Part shown: in pieces, positions 1-13,680 of the stretch | Numbering within the stretch: position 1 is the stretch's first letter | Layout: each line of letters opens with the position of its first letter | Assembly: GCA_020137815.1 (NCBI GenBank) | Contig: CM035358.1 | Coordinates: forward strand, 2,356,001-2,420,000 | Origin: Hormiphora californensis | Lineage: Eukaryota > Animalia > Ctenophora | DNA: 64,000 nucleotides | Direction: 5' to 3' | The notes under the pieces: generated by a model | Told to the model about the DNA's origin: nothing | Database searches by the model: none | Seen by the model: the letters and a program-made list of their open reading frames with translations, nothing else | Position numbers and translations under genes: made by a program

Positions 1-942
1 TACTCCATCTCTCAGCTTCCCTACCTCCCATTTACTCCATCTCTCAGCTACCCTACCTCCCATTTACTTCATCTCTCAGCTTCCCTACCTCCCATTTACT
101 CCATCTCTCAACTACCCTACCTGCCATTTACTCCATCTCTCAGATACCCTACCTCCCATTTACTCCATCCCTCAGCTTCCCTACCTCCCATTTACTCCAT
201 CTCTCAGCTTCCCTACCTCCCATTTACTCCATCTCTCAGCTACCCTACCTCCCATTTACTTCATCTCTCAGCTTCCCTACCTCCCATTTACTCCATCTCT
301 CAGCTTCCCTACCTCCCATTTACTCCATCGCTTACCTTCCCTACCTCCCATTTACTCCATCTCTCAGCTTCCCTACCTCCCATTTACTCCATCTCTCAGC
401 TACCCTACCTCCCATTTACTCCATTTCTCAGCTTCCCTACCTCTCATTTACTCCATCTCTCAGCTACCCTACCTCCCATTTACTCCATCTCTCAGCTTCC
501 CCACCTCCCATTTACTCCATCTCTCAGCTACCCTACCTCCCATTTACTCCATCGCTCAGCTTCCCTACCTCCCATTTACTCCATCTCTCAGCTACCTTAC
601 CTTCTATTTACTCCATCTCTCAGCTTCCCTACCTCCCATTTACTCCATCTCTCAGCTACCCTAGCTCCCATTTACTCCATCTCTCAGCTACCCTACCTCC
701 CATTTACTCCATCTCTCAGCTACCTTACCTCCCATTTACTCCATCTCTCAGCTTACCTACCTCCCATTTACTCCATCTCTCAGCTTCCCTACCTCCCATT
801 TACTCCATCCCTAAGCTTCCCTACCTGCAATTTACTCCATCGCTTACCTTCCCTACCACCCATTTACTCCATCTCTCAGCTTTCCTACCTCCCATTTACT
901 TCATCTCTCAGCTTCCCTACCTCCCATTTACTCCATCTCTCA
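1..942 (+). repeat. 32-bp tandem satellite (TACTCCATCTCTCAGCTTCCCTACCTCCCATT), left arm of an inverted satellite array; runs off the window start
   Basis: About 29 near-identical 32-bp units read directly from the sequence. Confidence 0.97.
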
Positions 943-964
943 GGGGTAGGAATGTTAGGATAAA

Positions 965-3680
965 TGAGAGATGGAGTAAATGGGAGGTAGGGAAGCTGAG
1001 AGATGGATCAAATGGGAGGTAGGGTAGCTGAGGGATGGAGTAAATGGGAGGTAGGGAAGCTGAGAGATGGAGTAAATGGGAGGTAGGTAAGCTGAGAGAT
1101 GGAGTAAATGGGAGGTAGGGAAGGTAAGCGATGGAGTGAATGGGAGGTAGGGAAGCTGAGAGATGGAGTAAATGGGAGGTAGGGAAGCTGAGAGATGAAG
1201 TAAATGGGAGGTAGGGTAGCTGAGAGATGGAGTAAATGGGAGGTAGGGAAGCTGAGAGATGGAGTAAATGGGAGGTAGGGAAGGTAAGCGATGGAGTAAA
1301 CACGGCGTGCCTGGTGAAATTTTAACACGACCTAGCATGCGACGGGAAACCACCACTTGTACGTGGTAGCTGAGGGTCTACAGAATGGCGCTACGGTGCG
1401 GGAAAAAAAAGTCCATGCCCTAAAATCGTTTTTTTTACTTTTATTTGATTTGGGTCAAAATTGGCTATATTAAACGTGGTCCCGAAAAATCCATAATGAC
1501 TTAGCACACGAAATATGTCACCCCTACCTATTTTTGCACGTAGAATCGATTGCCGTTGAAGTCGAATCTCTAAAATGACTGTAAAATGGTCAAAAGTTGA
1601 TTTTTTACCATTTTTTGGAGGTTTTTGGCCCCTAAACCATTGAAAACGTTGAGATAGGGATTTGAAACTAGTGGTCATTTTTCTACCAAGAACCAAGTTT
1701 TCGTGTATATCCGATTTATGGTTAGATTTGGGCAAATTGTTGAAATCTGCCAACTAGGAGAACCGTAACTTGATTTTCTTGTTTTTTGGATTTTGGCATT
1801 TTTGACAAACTTCTAATTGAAATGGTCAATCGGGACCATGCTTAAGTTGTTTATGGGACAATTTTCGACTAAAATCCAAGATTTCATACCAATCCAATAA
1901 CAGATCGTTGATTTATAGAAAATTTAAGTAGGCAAAACGGTCAAAATAAGCAAGAAAAGTTGTCATTTTGACCGTTTTGCCTACTTAAATTTTCTATAAA
2001 TCAACAATCTGTTATTGGATTGGTATGAATTCTTGGATTTTAGTCGAAAATTGTCCCATAAACAACTTAAGCATGGTCCCGATTGACCATTTCAATTAGA
2101 AGTTTGTCAAGAATGCCAAAATCCAAAAAACAAGAAAATCAAGTTACGGTTCTCCTAGTTGGCAGATTTCAACAATTTGCCCAAATCTAACCATAAATCG
2201 GATATACACGAAAACTTGGTTCTTGGTAGAAAAATGACCATTTTAACGATTGGCACTAGTTTCAAATCCCTATCTCAACGTTTTCAATGGTTTAGGGGCC
2301 AAAAACCTCCAAAAAATGGTAAAAAATCAGCTTTTGACCATTTTACAGTCATTTTAGAGATTCGACTTCAACGGCAATCGATTCTACGTGCAAAAATAGG
2401 TAGGGGTGACATATTTCGTGTGCTAAGTCATTATGGATTTTTCGGGACCACGTTTAATATAGCCAATTTTGACCCAAATCAAATAAAAGTAAAAAAAACG
2501 ATTTTAGGGCATGGACTTTTTTTTCCCGCACCGTAGCGCCATTCTGTAGACCCTCAGCTACCACGTACAAGTGGTGGTTTCCCGTCGCATGCTAGGTCGT
2601 GTTAAAATTTCACCAGGCACGCCGTGTAAATGGGAGGTAGGGAAGCTGAGAGATGGAGTAAATGGGAGGAAGGGAATCTGAGAGATGAAGTAAATGGGAG
2701 GTAGGGTAGCTGAGAGATGGAGTAAATGGGAGGTAGGATAGTTGAGAGATGGAGTGAATGGGAGGTAGGGTAGCTGAGAGATGGAGTAAATGGGAGGCAA
2801 GGATGGAGTAAATGGGAGGTAGGTAAGCTGAGAGATGGAGTAAATGGGAGGTAGGGAAGCTGAGAGATGGAGTAAATGGGAGGTAGGGTAGTTGAGAGAT
2901 GGAGTGAATGGGAGGTAGGGTAGCTGAGAGATGGAGTAAATGGGAGGCAAGGATGGAGTAAATGGGAGGTAGGGAAGCTGAGGGATGGAGTAAATGGGAG
3001 GTAGGGAAGCTGAGAGATGGAGTAAATGGGAGGTAGGGTAGCTGAGAGATGGAGTGAATGGGAGGTAGGGTAGCTGAGAGATGGAGTAAATGGGAGGTAG
3101 GGAAGCTGAGAGATGGAGTGAATGGGAGGTAGGGAAGCTGAGAGATGGAGTAAATGGGAGGTAGGTAAGCTGAGAGATGGAGTAAATGGGAGGTAGGGTA
3201 TCTGAGAGATGGAGTAAATGGCAGGTAGGGAAGCTGAGATATGGAGTAAATGGGAGGTAGGTAAGCTGAGAGATGGAGTAAATGGGAGGTAGGGAAGCTG
3301 AGAGATGGAGTAAATGGGAGGTAGGGTAGCTGAGAGATGGAGTAGATGAGGAGTAGGGTAGCGGAGAGATGGACTAGATTAGGGGTAGGGTAGCTGAAAG
3401 ATGGAGTTGATGAGGGCTAGGGAAGCATAGAGATGGAAACGATTATGGATAGGGATTCCCTACCCCTAATCGTTTCCATCTCTATGCTTCCCTAATAGGG
3501 AAGCTGAGAGATTGAGTAGATGAGGAGTAGGGTAGCTGAGAGATGGACTAGATAAGGGGTAGGGTAGCTGAAAGATGGAGTAGATGAGGGGTAGGGTAGC
3601 TGAAAGATGGAGTAGATGAGGGGTAGGGTAGCTGAGAGATCGAGTTGATGAGGGGTAGGATAGCTGAGAGATGGAGTAGA
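965..3680 (-). repeat. Same 32-bp satellite in inverted orientation (right arm), interrupted by a transposon at 1301-2626; diverged variant units after about 3340
   Basis: Reverse-complement units (TGAGAGATGGAGTAAATGGGAGGTAGGGAAGC) start after a 22-nt spacer at 943-964. Confidence 0.95.
1301..2626. mobile_element. 1.33-kb foldback non-autonomous DNA transposon, Chapaev-like (CMC group)
   Basis: Arms 1301-1947 and 1965-2626 are near-perfect inverted copies around a 17-nt loop; the right arm has an extra 15 bp. Termini CACGGCGTG..CACGCCGTG; 4-bp TSD TAAA at 1297-1300 and 2627-2630 inside a satellite unit. CAC termini with a 4-bp TSD match Chapaev. Confidence 0.88.
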
Positions 3681-3864
3681 TCAAGATCAAGAAATATTTG
3701 ATTCGGCACCGACCCTCTCTCTACTCCTCGATGTTTCCCGCCACGTTCTGCAGCTGCTGTGTGAGAGTTGAACGCGAGCGCGTCAATAACATGACACGAC
3801 ATGCAACACGACATGCGAGATGCGAATTTCATTATTTTGAAGTTTTGTGGGGTTGCGATTTTTG

Positions 3865-4078
3865 TTTTAGGTCGGAGAGTGAAACGGCCGGTACAGTGGT
3901 AAACTAGATTAAAAACTGTACGCCTCATTAGACGGCGATTTTTCCTATCTTGTCTGGTTCCTGAGATATGGCCCCCTAAAGAGTTGGTGTCTCAAACTGC
4001 TGAATCGGGGTCACGCGAGGAAAATGGGCATCAGTTTGCGTGTACTGCTCCGTTTTTCACGGGACTTGAACGAGGGTG
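3865..4078 (+). repeat. Dispersed repeat; a degraded reverse-complement copy lies at about 12055-12295
   Basis: Shared blocks such as GAGCAGTACACGCAAA, AACTCTTTAGG and GCCGTCTAAT occur in the same order on the opposite strand at 12.1-12.3 kb. Confidence 0.6.
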
Positions 4079-4269
4079 ACGGCAAGAGTCTCACCTATTA
4101 CATGGTATCCTTACATTGTGTATTAAATCTAAAATGACTGAGCAGCATGCTTGTTAATGAACCTTGACGTGTTTGCTTGTCTCGCAAGCGCGCTCGCGAC
4201 TAGCAAACACGACATGCAGTTCACACCCTGATAGTGAGATAAGGTCAAAAGCAAAAGGGGAGAGAGAGT

Positions 4270-5380
4270 GAGTGAGAGAGAGAGAGAGGGGGGTTGGTGG
4301 GAGGGGTTTTTGGGGAAAAAAAGCAAAATTTTAGGGGGTTTTGGAAAAAAACGGCCAAAGGGGAAAAAGGAAAATTTTTCCCCCCCAAACTTTTCTCCTT
4401 TTCCCCAATGGGAAAGTGGGGAAAGAAATAAAGGGTACTAAATGGTTTAATAAGGGGTGGGGGTTTAAAATGGAGTGGGGGGGGGTAGCAAAGAGGGATT
4501 TAAAGGGGTGGGGTAGTAGGTCAGGGGAGGGGTGGAAAAAGAGAGGAGAGAAAAGAAAGAAAATTTTTTTGGAAAACCCCCCCTTTTTTCCCGATTTCCA
4601 CCTTGGTAAGGGGGCCCCTAATCCCCCTTTGCCCGTGGGTCTTTCATTTTTTTATTTTTTTGGGGTTTTTTTGGTGGGGGGAAAAGGGGGTTTTGGGAAA
4701 AACCTTTAAAAAATGCCCTCATTGGGGCTTTTTTCCTTCTTTCTTTCCTTTCCCCCCAAATTTTTTCTAAAACTCTTTTCTCCCTCATCTTTCTTCTCTC
4801 CGTTTTTGGGGCTTGGGGGGCCCAAAACCCCTTTGGATCCTTTTTTTGGAAAATAAAAAAAGACTGGGAAAGGGCTGGTTTAAAGATTTTTTTTGGGCGG
4901 GGGGGGGGGGGGGGGCCCCCAAACAGAGTTTACACCCTATAGGGAAACCCCGCAAAAGGGGAAAAGGAGTGGTGGGGAAAGGAAAAAAGGAAAAAAAGGG
5001 GGGGGGAAAAGAACGAAAAGGGGAAAAAGTTTAAAACCATTTTTTAAACCCCCCCCCCCATCCTTTACTCTTCTCCCTCCCTCTTTTTTTACCATCCCCG
5101 GATTTTTTTGGTTTTTCCCTTCAAAACCCCTTCCAATTTTTTTTCATCCCCCCCTTCCCCCCTTTTCCTTTTTCCCTCCCCTCTTCTTCCCCCTTTCCCC
5201 CCTCTCCCTCTCCCCCTTTCCCCCCTTCCCTCTTTCTTCCCTCCCCTCCCCCCCCCCCCCTTTTTGATCCCCCCCTTTCTCTTTCTTTTCCCCTTTACCC
5301 CCCTTTTCTTCCCCCCCCTCTCCCTCCCCCCTTTTTTTTTTTTTTTTTGGGGTTTTTTTTTTTTCCCCCTTCCTTTTATC
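4270..5380. other. Probable low-quality or artefactual sequence (homopolymer-rich read noise)
   Basis: Almost entirely G/A then C/T homopolymer runs with no periodicity, beginning right after a (GA)n tract. Confidence 0.75.
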
Positions 5381-6171
5381 TCATATTGCCATGATTCAAT
5401 ATTTTCAGAAGCAAATTCCGTGTGTATGGGGAGGGCTGGATCATTTCTTCTTTCATTACATCCATCTTTGCTACTGAGCTTATTTTGATGTCAAATTCAC
5501 CCTTGGGGTTTTTGGGGAGCATTTGAATGTGATGGTCAAGCATAACAAGTACAAAAAAAGCAGGGGCCTCATGCCCCCTATCCTTATGGGGTCACGCAAC
5601 CCCTTTCTTAACTTGTACTTGATGTCACATAGTGACTTGGGGGTCACCCCCGCCCTAACAATAATTTTAAAAATAAACCGCTTACAGCATCCAAAAACTG
5701 TGTGTAATCAAGTGCTAAAATGTAAGGTTGAAAAGTGAGGTAGAATGACCTCATGATGTACATTCTCATTCATCAATTATTCAGGGTCGTGTTGTTAGTC
5801 ACGTCATTCGTCTCTTGGCCTCTCTCATCAAACCCAAACCCAAAAACTCTGCGCTGTTTTTCAGTGTGCCATCTATTTTATCTGCTGCAGAATTATATAG
5901 GTTTTCTGATTTTTGGATAGGTCGATGTTTTATATATCCCTCTGTAATACATCTCCCTCCCTCGCTCTGTCCCTCCATGATCCTGTCCCTCCCTCTCTCT
6001 GTCCCTCCCTCTCTAACCCCTGCTCTAATATTCCTCCATCTCTCTCTCTCTCTTTCCCTAGTTCCGTAACCAAGGCAACAGAAGACACATCATGAGCTGT
6101 TGTACACCAAACCCGGCCGGTGACCACTCCAAATTGTGTCATTCAATGAGCCAGTAAGATATATATAAGCC

Positions 6172-6220
<49 letters not shown>

Positions 6221-7674
6221 AGAGAAGTCGAGGAGAGAGCGCGAGATGCCTCGCCCCGTGCGCTACGATGCGTCGAGCTCCTCTACGTCTCGTCTCGGCC
6301 GCAGTACCTCTCTCGAGAATAACTCTCCTTCTCTTCTTACTCTCTTCCGCCTCTCCCTCTGTTCCTCCTCTGCTCACTATCCTTTCCATTCTCTTGTATC
6401 TCCCTTTCCCATCCTCCCTCACATTCCCCTTTCCTTTCCTTTCCGACTTCTCAATGCTAATATCCACTCGTGTGTACTTTGTCCACATGTCTATTAACAC
6501 TCCACCTGGTCCCTCCCAACACATTCCACCTTTCTTTTGGACAGGCTTTCGAGAATTTGAATGCAATCGACCACACAACGTGACACGATACATTTATACA
6601 GCAAATCCATATACTTTCCTATCTTACCTATCGGCCTATCTAGGTTTTGGAGATTTCATGCTATGACGTTAGCTGGATTACGTCATAACATACCTTTACG
6701 AGTATTTTGTAATCCAATGTCTCAATTGTTATGACTATGATGATCTTATAGTGTAGTTTCTGTCATAAGATTGCATTTGTAAGAAATGAGAATAACAGGA
6801 ATAGGCCAAAGCTCTGACAGGATCTGTGGCCAAATACAAGGCGTTCATTAGTCGTTCGAGTTCTTTGTGTCATTTCTGTGCCTGTGGGAGGAGCAATATA
6901 TACCATAATGATCCACACACTCATATCATATAATGACCCATAATGAGTCATTAGGGCCACCGGCCATTCCCCAAGGCCTACACTTGCGAAATTGTACACA
7001 CTGACAAACACATTGATGGATTGACTATTTACTAGTAATTTTGTAGTTCATATTTCTTGACAAATTTAGATTTACAAGTTACAATCGGTGAGCTCCCCGT
7101 CAGCTCCTACACACAGTACACATACAATTATATCTGCCATCGTGCTATGCGTGTAATTACTAGGACAGTTCTCACATTATTGTTTACAAATATAATATGT
7201 TGAAGCTCCAAACAATGAAGTGGTAAGATGATCTATTGAACTTCAAGTTCTACATCATATTCATAGCTACCGGCTGTTTCTGTTTACCACCATTCGGCAG
7301 TATAAAACGTGATATTTCTTGTTAAAGTAGAGATGGGTTGGGGTATTATGACATAGGACCGTCGTGGTCAAATCAGGGTCACTTCTGGGTCATTTCAGGG
7401 TAGGATGTGCGTTTTGTATGTAGCTCACATCATGGGGGACTTTTGTTGGTTTGCAGGCGCTCATTGAGTTATTGTTGCAATGAATTCAAAATTCCCGCGG
7501 ACTCGCAGCTCAGGCTGCAGACTAGAGGGAAGTGGAATTTATTCTGTTTCGTAAAACATTGCAGCAGAGTGAGGATCCTGGATCATTATTCGAGATCTCT
7601 TGAGGGGCAAGGGGTATTTAATCCTTATAAGAAGTGCTTTTCTGTGGGTAGAGAAATAAAAATAGAAATAGAGA

Positions 7675-7756
<82 letters not shown>

Positions 7757-7921
7757 AGAGTGAGCGTACACTCACCTAGATCTTTACTTTTAGGTTTCAT
7801 TTTAAATGTGTCCTTTCTCTCAGAGAATCTCTGAACACAAAAGACATTGACTTATTCACACATCCCTCGTGTGTCATTATTTGCATGCAGACAGGCTCAC
7901 ATGGAACTCGTTCTGTGTCTC

Positions 7922-7989
<68 letters not shown>

Positions 7990-8384
7990 AGCATGCTTTG
8001 TGAATAACACAGTAGCCTTAAGCCTATTTTAATTCATACACTTGCTAACAACAGTTACCCAGTGCAAAGATTGTGCTAATTTGCGAATTTAGTTAGCAGC
8101 AAAAAATTAGTAAATAAACACCTAAAAGTAGCAAAAATTCGCTGTACAGCAAAAACTAGACATCGTGGAGTGAAATAGATACGTGCATCGTGTTCAGCGT
8201 CGAAAAATAGGTCGGGGTACGAAATTTGGTATCTCTACCTCATCTCAGTCGCGAAATTCGTATTTTGCTAATGCTGCCTAATCTAGCAGCAGCAGATGAG
8301 GCAGCAGATGAAGTGTAGCTATGACAACCATGCTGCCATGTCGCGCGCACATATAAGAACGGATAAAATTCGACCCTTTCATCA

Positions 8385-8474
8385 GCCTCAGTGGTCGAGT
8401 GGTTAAGGCGATTACCCATGATATCAGAAGCGAGCACCTGTGTGGGTTCGAACCCCGATAAATCTTATTTTTTT
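8385..8474 (+). pseudogene. tRNA-derived sequence (Ser(TGA)-like pseudogene or SINE head)
   Basis: A-box TGGTCGAGTGG, then TTAAGGCG, a CA-TGA-TA-TCAGA anticodon-like segment, a long variable region, B-box GGTTCGAACCC and a downstream T-run. Acceptor and anticodon stems do not pair. Confidence 0.6.
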
Positions 8475-9414
8475 AAAACATTTTCCTCGTTTATGCAAAA
8501 TAATTTAAACATTTTTTCTCTAATGCTGACCACAAAAACATAGTTGTTAAACACAATTAATGTTATTGAGGTGACCTTCAAAATTTGGTGGGAGCAAATT
8601 TTCGATAAAATTTTTAGATTCGCAGCATTTTTTAAGATCTTTGCACTGGGAACAGTTATGGGAAATTTACTCACCTTTTTCCGGCTAAGAGCAGCTTTTA
8701 CATCGACCTTACATAAACGAATACCAAAGACTAAACTACCTAATCCTAATTTAACGGTTGGTAATGAAATTATCCCTCCGCGCGAGCTCCCCATGAAATA
8801 TTAGGGGTGACTTCGTAACCTAATTTAACTGGTTATTTGAATAATCGGCCCTATGGCACTTGCCAGTGCTGTAACCTACGTTATGATGTAGCATCCCTAT
8901 CCGGGTCCCTGATCGTGCCCAGCTAACGTAACCTTAACGTCATCATGACGTCATCATGACGTCATCATCTTCGTTTCCTTCTCCAGAAATGAACCTGTTA
9001 GGTAAGAGCGATTGGTAAACGAATTTATAGAGTCCTATAGGGGATAGGGGTCTAATCATAATAAAAGAGGGAAGATAGATGCGCGGGTTAGATAGAAGAG
9101 AGAAGAAGAATGATGAATGTTTGGATAACAATATATTCACCAGTGAAAGACACATATTTATTCAGTCTGGTCCTCATCTTTACCTTTGAACTTCCCCTCT
9201 CTCTCCATCTCTCTCTATCCCTCGAAGTCTATCTCTATATGTATTTATCTTTCTCTCTCTCGATCTTCCTATCTCTCTCTATTTCCCTCTTCTCACACTC
9301 GTATGCATATTCTTCGGTAAGATGTGGGCGAGCATCGTTCCTTTGTGTGTTTTGGCCCCCCTGGCTCTACCTCTCCCTTTTCTGTATAGCCCAAAACTTC
9401 ATTCTCTATCTTTC

Positions 9415-9521
<107 letters not shown>

Positions 9522-9697
9522 ATCCTCTCTCCATATTCTCTAAAGTGTGTGTGTGGGTATACTGAATTGTACTGCTACTATACATCCACGCTTCTATGTG
9601 AGTGATGGCTCTTGGCTCTCGTTTTTTTGGAGGTAATGAACATGTTCACATGTTCTCCGTCATTAGTCGGGTTATATAGACAGTCTTTGTATAGCGA

Positions 9698-10069
9698 GGT
9701 ATGCGGTAAATGTTAACCAGATCTGAGAGAAAACGTACGTGCAAAACCACGTTTTTGTCCATAACTCAGTCATTTCTTGACCAATTTGCAAAATCTTGGG
9801 CGTGTTGGAAAGAGGACATTGAGCTCTTTCAAATGAGCCGAATAAAACTAAAATCGGCGCAAGATGCGCGGCGTCATGGCGCAAAATGCGCGTTTTCGCC
9901 ACCACGCCGCGCAATTTGCGCCAATTTTCATTTTCTTGAGCTCATTTGAGAGATCTTTATGTCCTTTTTCCAATGAGCCAAAGATTTTGGAAATTGGTCA
10001 AGAAATGGCTGAGTTATGGGCAAAAACGTGCGAAATTCTCACAGATCTGGTTAACATTTACCGTCTACC
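9698..10069. mobile_element. 372-bp palindromic MITE, Mutator/MULE-like
   Basis: Long imperfect TIRs GGTATGCGGTAAATGTTAACCAGATCTG.. / ..CAGATCTGGTTAACATTTACCGTCTACC; perfect 9-bp TSD GTATAGCGA at 9689-9697 and 10070-10078. Confidence 0.88.
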
Positions 10070-11691
10070 GTATAGCGAGAGCTCCACACCACGTATAGTT
10101 CTTGTAGTTGGCCAAACCTTGATCTTGTCATTTTCAGTGAAAATTTCACTTGATTCCCTTGGAATTTCCAAGAACGTTTACCTAGCTTAATTCGATTTCA
10201 AGGATCTTTCAAAGTTAGTCATTTGTACACCGTAAAACTTCGTTACAGTGGATCTCTTTAAAAATGCTCCTTCGTTAGCGAACCAATATCCACCTCATAG
10301 CATTGTAAGATGGATACATGCCCCCATTCACGCACATCCCCAGCCCACACTCTCATAGCATATATCATATGATTAATCACTCTGTCTCTCATTCTGATCT
10401 CCCTCTCTTTTGCTGCATTTCTCTCTCTCTCCCTCTTTCTACACACCCTATACCTTCAGTGATTCTATAGTCTTGCTTTCATTGCCTTCCCTTTGACCCA
10501 GTCTGTTTTACCAAGACACTGATCCTCCTCTTTCCAAGCCATTCATCTTCGCTGTCTATCTCACTTTCATCAGCTCTCGCCTTAGTTGAAGTAACAATCT
10601 CTCACTGTCATTCTTCTCTCTCCTTAGTTAAAGTAAGAAACTCTCTCACTGTCATCTCACTGCACCTTGCGGTAACTTTCTTTGCGCACATTGAGGCATT
10701 TTGATGTGTACAAGCTAGTATACTGATAGACTGCCTATTTCTTTTGTGGATGTGTGTGTACTCCAGCATCTAAGAAAGATCCATTGATCAGTCAATTACC
10801 GATAGAGTACACTGCACGAGTGTGTATGACGAACATTTTACTCCGCAGAAGATCTATCTCTCTTTCAATAAAAACGCCAGTTTCACTTGCAGTAGCGAAT
10901 TAGTAGCTCAGTTATCTACTACTGTATCTTTTGTTCATCGTTTCCATTTCTTTGTATCCTAGACTCAGATTCACTTTTACAATTTACATCCCAACCCGAA
11001 CCTCTTCATCAGTTGTTGTGGATATAAATACTGAATAAGTATTTCACGAATTCTTCATTTCCGTTTTCAATGCCACACAGCTAATTTGTGAGTCGTTAAG
11101 CAATTTCCACTTGGATTCCGTTAGTTAAACGCCCATTTTCAAAGATACAAAAGCGCGATCGTCTTTGATGGTCAACCGCTAGAGCCCGTTACAATCGTTC
11201 TTAGTGTCTTGTTCTGATGAAGCCTTGTTGAAATGAAAGTAGCAATCAAATTTCGGGGTTGAGTACTACATGCAGCATGGTACCATACAGGGTGTACTAA
11301 GCTTGTGTATCCGTGTCAAGTAATACGTATGATTTGTTATTTAGAGCTAAGTGTATTTCCTAAAATGTGTTCTGATTTGCACTTTACTCAGCGAAATGGA
11401 AATTGACTTTCATAAAATTTCCCACCATACGCTGATTAGAAAATTTCCGAGAGTAAATTTCGCTAATTTTTAAGAAAGTTCACACTATACTTTGTTCAAT
11501 CTCATCGGAATTCGAGTTCAGATCAAGTATTTAAAAAACTTTTTGGAGAAAACGTAGCATTTTTGTGATTTCTCATAGTGCATTCACTATACCAGGATGG
11601 AAAGAGAGAATGGTAAATAGTGATAGAGAGAGAGAAAGAGAGAAAGAGAGAGCGAGAGATAGAGAGAGAGAGAGAGTGAGAGAGAGAGAGA

Positions 11692-11725
<34 letters not shown>

Positions 11726-13571
11726 TGGTTTAAACATTGACAATACAGGCAGCGTATATTATCCTCTTCGATTCCACTTTTCCCACGCAAATTAGAGATC
11801 TTTTATAAAATCACATTCCTTCTACTATCCATCTAGTGCATAATGATAACATGAGTATGACTCATGATTCTTCGTATAATTTATTGAGCAAGATCGCTAT
11901 TACAGGGTCTTTAAACATGTCATTCTAGTTGTCAGTTCTAGCAGCCGTAAACTTGCGGACAAGCAATATCCACCTCATTTACCTTCTGATTAACAAGATG
12001 TGCTCAGTCATTTTAGATTTTCGAAATCTAAGGATACATTAATAGTGAACTCTGGAGATCCTGTTCAAAGTCCCTGAGAAAAGAGCAGTACACGCAAATT
12101 GATTGCCCAATTTCCTCACAAGTTAACATCCGATTCGTTTAGTCCCAGTTGTCAGTATGTACCTAACTCTTTAGGTACAGCATATATCTTAGGATCAGAT
12201 ATGTCAATGACACCACATGCCGTCTAATATCATGCGTATACGATTTTGAATCAGTTCCACTGCCCTAATCCGCTGATTCATCTTGCCTAAAATCTACAAT
12301 CCAGATAATGTCCTTAAATTGAATAATGTAATGCGCCTCGCAGTTAATGATTGTGCTTTGATTATACTGGGGTCACAGCATATTGTAACCCTGGTAAATG
12401 ACAATATTTTAAGGCTCGATTTTCGTTAGGTTAGCTTCTTAATCGGGTGATTTGAGGGTCAGGGTGGGGGTTAGGGTTGTAGGGTTAGGTTAAGACCCTA
12501 GGGGTGAATTTATTCGTGGCTCGCCTTCGGTAATAGCCGGGAGATATATGCCTATCCTTAGCAATCGATGGAACTGATTTTAGGTTAGAAGATATCGTAT
12601 GTTAGAGAGATAATTTATATTGCTAAATAGTACATCAACAATTTAACATTCCTGATTTGCTCGATTTAGCTCCCCTAGATGTGTCAAGTATTGTTACTGT
12701 CGTGAATTGTACCAGTGATATATATTGTAAGATTCAGCAATTATTGTACAAGTGACACCATTTCCGATGTCGTAATTTCATCCTGCTGCATACGATTTCG
12801 GATGCAGTCTCTGCCCTTACAATTCTCGCACGTGATTTCTATTTTGCTCTTTCTACATCCAGATAATGTTCGCATAAATTACATATATTATGTTAATGGC
12901 CATCGATATAATAATGTGTGCTTTGCATATCATAATGGCCTTGATCCATTCATGCAATTCGATGAAAGAATCTTTTTAAGGCTCCGAAACTATTCATCGT
13001 ATCGTTTATGATTCAAAATCGTTTAATCTCCTTCTCATTTAAATTTAATCTTTCATTTAAACATTTCAAAGCATCGTTTTGCACATAAATTCTTCAGTTA
13101 AAAGTGTCGACTAATCTTTGCTCTACTGCGAATTGTATAGAGAGAAAGAGTAGAGCCTAATTAGACGCTTTATTAGTCGTGCATTCGAGCAGTGCTAGAG
13201 TGTGGAAAGTGGCTAGTTAAAGATATAAATGAAGAGATATTAGAGAAAGAGAAAGCACTACGTGTTACGTGGTACCCTACCCTGTCATCACCGGAGAGAG
13301 AGAGTAGAAAACTCGTGAAAACTTTAACTAACAGCCTTCTTGCTACATTTTGCTTGTCAGTGTAGTTAATATATATAATGATGAATACTTCTCCTCATCT
13401 TTTTAAAATTTGAACATTTTAAGCGGCTTCAGGACAGTGGTAGTGAGATTCAGTGGTTGTGTAACGAGATACCCAGTTCGTCCTAACACAATTATGGGCC
13501 ACACTGAGATAGCACACCTGGCGGCATCATCTCCCCCTCCAATATCATCCAGCTAAGATCGATTATCCGCT

Positions 13572-13680
13572 GACCAATCACAAGCCTAGTCCAGGATCTG
13601 TACTAGCCAATCAGAGAGCAGCATTCCCAGAGGAAAGGGACAAGGACCAATGGGAGAGAAGAACGCCATGTCACGTGACC
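13572..13680 (+). promoter_or_regulatory. Candidate promoter of the GPI-protein gene: three CCAAT boxes plus a GTCACGTGAC E-box
   Basis: CCAAT at 13574, 13607 and 13647 in the same orientation; palindromic GTCACGTGAC at 13670-13679; about 650 bp upstream of the ATG. Confidence 0.4.

Noticed and set aside
1-3345. CRISPR-like appearance of 32-bp repeats
   Set aside because: Units are contiguous with no unique spacers, there are no cas genes, and the context is eukaryotic.
917-3690. ORFs with PPIYSISQLPYLPFT repeats, and the mirrored MADFNNLPK ORFs
   Set aside because: They are translations of the 32-bp satellite and of the two arms of a palindromic element; no transposase motifs.
4341-5488. 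G/K/P/F-rich ORFs
   Set aside because: Products of homopolymer noise.
12465-12495. TTAGGG-like motifs as an interstitial telomere
   Set aside because: Only a few imperfect units in a noisy region.
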